A stretch of DNA of 64,000 bases from Eledone cirrhosa. Lineage: Eukaryota. The translations under genes were made by a program, and so were the position numbers. Below are positions 62,501-64,000 of the stretch, piece by piece. The notes beneath the pieces were generated by a model, which worked only from the letters and a program-made list of their open reading frames with translations, ran no database searches and was not told the DNA's origin. Location: assembly GCA_964016885.1 (NCBI GenBank), contig OZ024757.1:42656001-42720000 (forward strand). The letters run 5' to 3'. Numbering within the stretch: the first letter of the stretch is position 1; each line of letters begins with the position of its first letter.

Positions 62501-64000
62501 TGGCGCATGCGCACTACGGTTCGGCGGCTTTGACGCATGCGCACTACGTTCCAGCAGCCTTGGCGCACGCGCACTACGGTCCGGCGGTCTTGGCGCATGC
62601 GCCAAGACCGCCGGACCATACTGCGCATGCGCCGTGGGCGCCGGACCGTAGTGCGCATGCGCCAAGGCCGCCGGACCGTAGTGCGCATGCGCCAAGGCCG
62701 CCGGACCGTAGTGCGCATGCGCCAAGGCCGACTGACTACTGCGCATGTCATCGTCGCAGTACCGAACTGCGCATGCTCCAAGTAGTGCGCATGCTCCAAG
62801 ACCGCCGGATCTTACTGCGCAGGCCCCAAGGTCGTCGGACCGTTGTGCGCATGCGCCAAAGCCGCCAACCCGTAGTGCACATGCGCCAAGACCGCCGGAC
62901 CATACTGCGCATGCGCCAAGGCCGCCGGAGCGTAGTGCTCATGCGTCAAGGCCGCCTGACTGTACTGCGCATGCGTCAAGGTCGCAGTACCGAACTGCGC
63001 ATGCGCCAAATTCGCCGGACCGCAATGCGCATGCGCCAAATTCGCCGGACCGCAGTGCGCATGCGCCAAATTCGCCGGACCGCAGTGCGCATGCGCCAAA
63101 GCCGCCGGACCGCAGTGCGCATGCGCCAAAGCCGCTGGACCGTACTGCGCATGCGCCAAGGCCGCCGGACCGTAGGGCACATGCGCCAAAGACGCCGAAC
63201 CGTCGTGCCCATGCGCCAAGACCGCCAGCTTGTACTGCGTATGCCCCAAGGCCGCCGCACCGTAGTGCGCATGCGACAAGGCCGCAGTACCGTAGTGCGC
63301 ATGCGCCAAGGCCACCGGACCGTAGTACGCATGAGCCAAGGCCGCCGGACCGTAGTGCGCATGCGCCAAAGACGCCGAACCGTCGTGCCCATTCGCCAAG
63401 AACGCCGGACCGTACTGCGCATGCGCCAAGGCCGCCGAACCGTACTGCGCATGCGCCAAAGCCGCCTACCCGTGGTGCGCATGCGCCAAAGCAGCCGGAC
63501 CGTAGTGCGCATGCGCCAAGGCCACCGGACCGTACTGCGCATGCTCCAAGACCGCCGGATCGTACTGCGCCTGCCCCAAGGCCATCGGACCGTAGTGCGC
63601 ATGTGCCAAGGCCGCCAGACCGTAGAGCGCATGCGCCAAGACCGCCGAACCGTACTGCGCATGCGCCAAGGCCGCCGAACCGTACTGGCATGCGCCAAAG
63701 CCGCCAAACCGTAGAGCGCATGCGCCAAAGCCGCTGGACCGTAGTGCGCATGCGCCAAGGCCGCATGACCGTAGTGCGCATGCGCCAAAGCCGCTGGACC
63801 GTAGTGCGCATGCGACAAGGCCGCAGTACCGTAGTGCGCATGCGCCAAGTCCATCGGACCGTAGTGCGCATGAACCAAGGCCGCCGGACCGTAGTGCGCA
63901 TGCGCCAAGGCCACCGGACCGTACTGCGCATGCGCCAAGGCCGCCGGACCGTAGTTCGCATGCGCCAGAGCCGCAGAACCGTAGTGCACATGCGCCAAGC
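38596..64000. repeat. Composite macrosatellite: ~2.7-4.0-kb units alternating the AT 10/30-bp satellite and a GC-rich 30-bp satellite, each block internally inverted
   Basis: AT inversion junction gttgccatattacaacagaatggct at 39541, 42331, 45011, 49043, 52415, 55165, 57929 and 60884; GC blocks lie between them. Confidence 0.95.
39930..64000. repeat. GC-rich 30-bp satellite (GGACCGTAGTGCGCATGCGCCAAGGCCGCC) in blocks ~39930-41598, 42983-44305, 45645-48331, 49683-51592, 53032-54337, 55795-57105, 58566-60051 and 61513-64000
   Basis: 30-bp period is visible as column alignment in the 60-nt lines; ~14 kb in total, roughly 470 monomers. Confidence 0.97.

Noticed and set aside
39876-63998. Dozens of ORFs with (AHAHYGPAAL)n, (RRPWRMRTTV)n and (GGLGACALRS)n repeats, superficially like His-rich cuticle/beak or protamine-like proteins
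   Set aside because: A stop-poor 30-bp repeat leaves most frames open on both strands. The ORFs shift frame, cross inversion points, and show no signal peptide, unique domain or splice structure.

Overview
Eukaryotic, repeat-dominated, heterochromatin-like DNA. (TA)n/(CAT)n microsatellites, an RTE LINE with a (GAT)n tail, a CR1 LINE and SINE-like fragments suggest a mollusc, probably a cephalopod such as Octopus (inference only). Layout: (1) 1-11966, an AT-rich satellite of 10-bp subunits that flips orientation at ~1541. (2) 11967-29720, an island with a minus-strand SLC35A-type nucleotide-sugar transporter pseudogene whose last exon is split by an apparently full-length ~4.96-kb CR1 and whose middle is deleted at a TTAA-flanked piggyBac-type MITE. 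The island also holds an RTE lacking its RT domain, a Helitron-like fragment and minisatellites. (3) 29721-38595, a homogeneous 41-bp satellite. (4) 38596-64000, a composite macrosatellite of ~2.7-4.0-kb foldback-like units (AT-fwd / GC-fwd / GC-rev / AT-rev) with conserved inversion junctions and an A/B dimer order. Its GC monomer carries an NRF1-type GCGCATGCGC palindrome and its AT monomer a YY1/Pho-type GCCATTTT core. No intact host gene, RNA gene or CRISPR array is supported, and the many ORFs beyond 39.6 kb are satellite artefacts.
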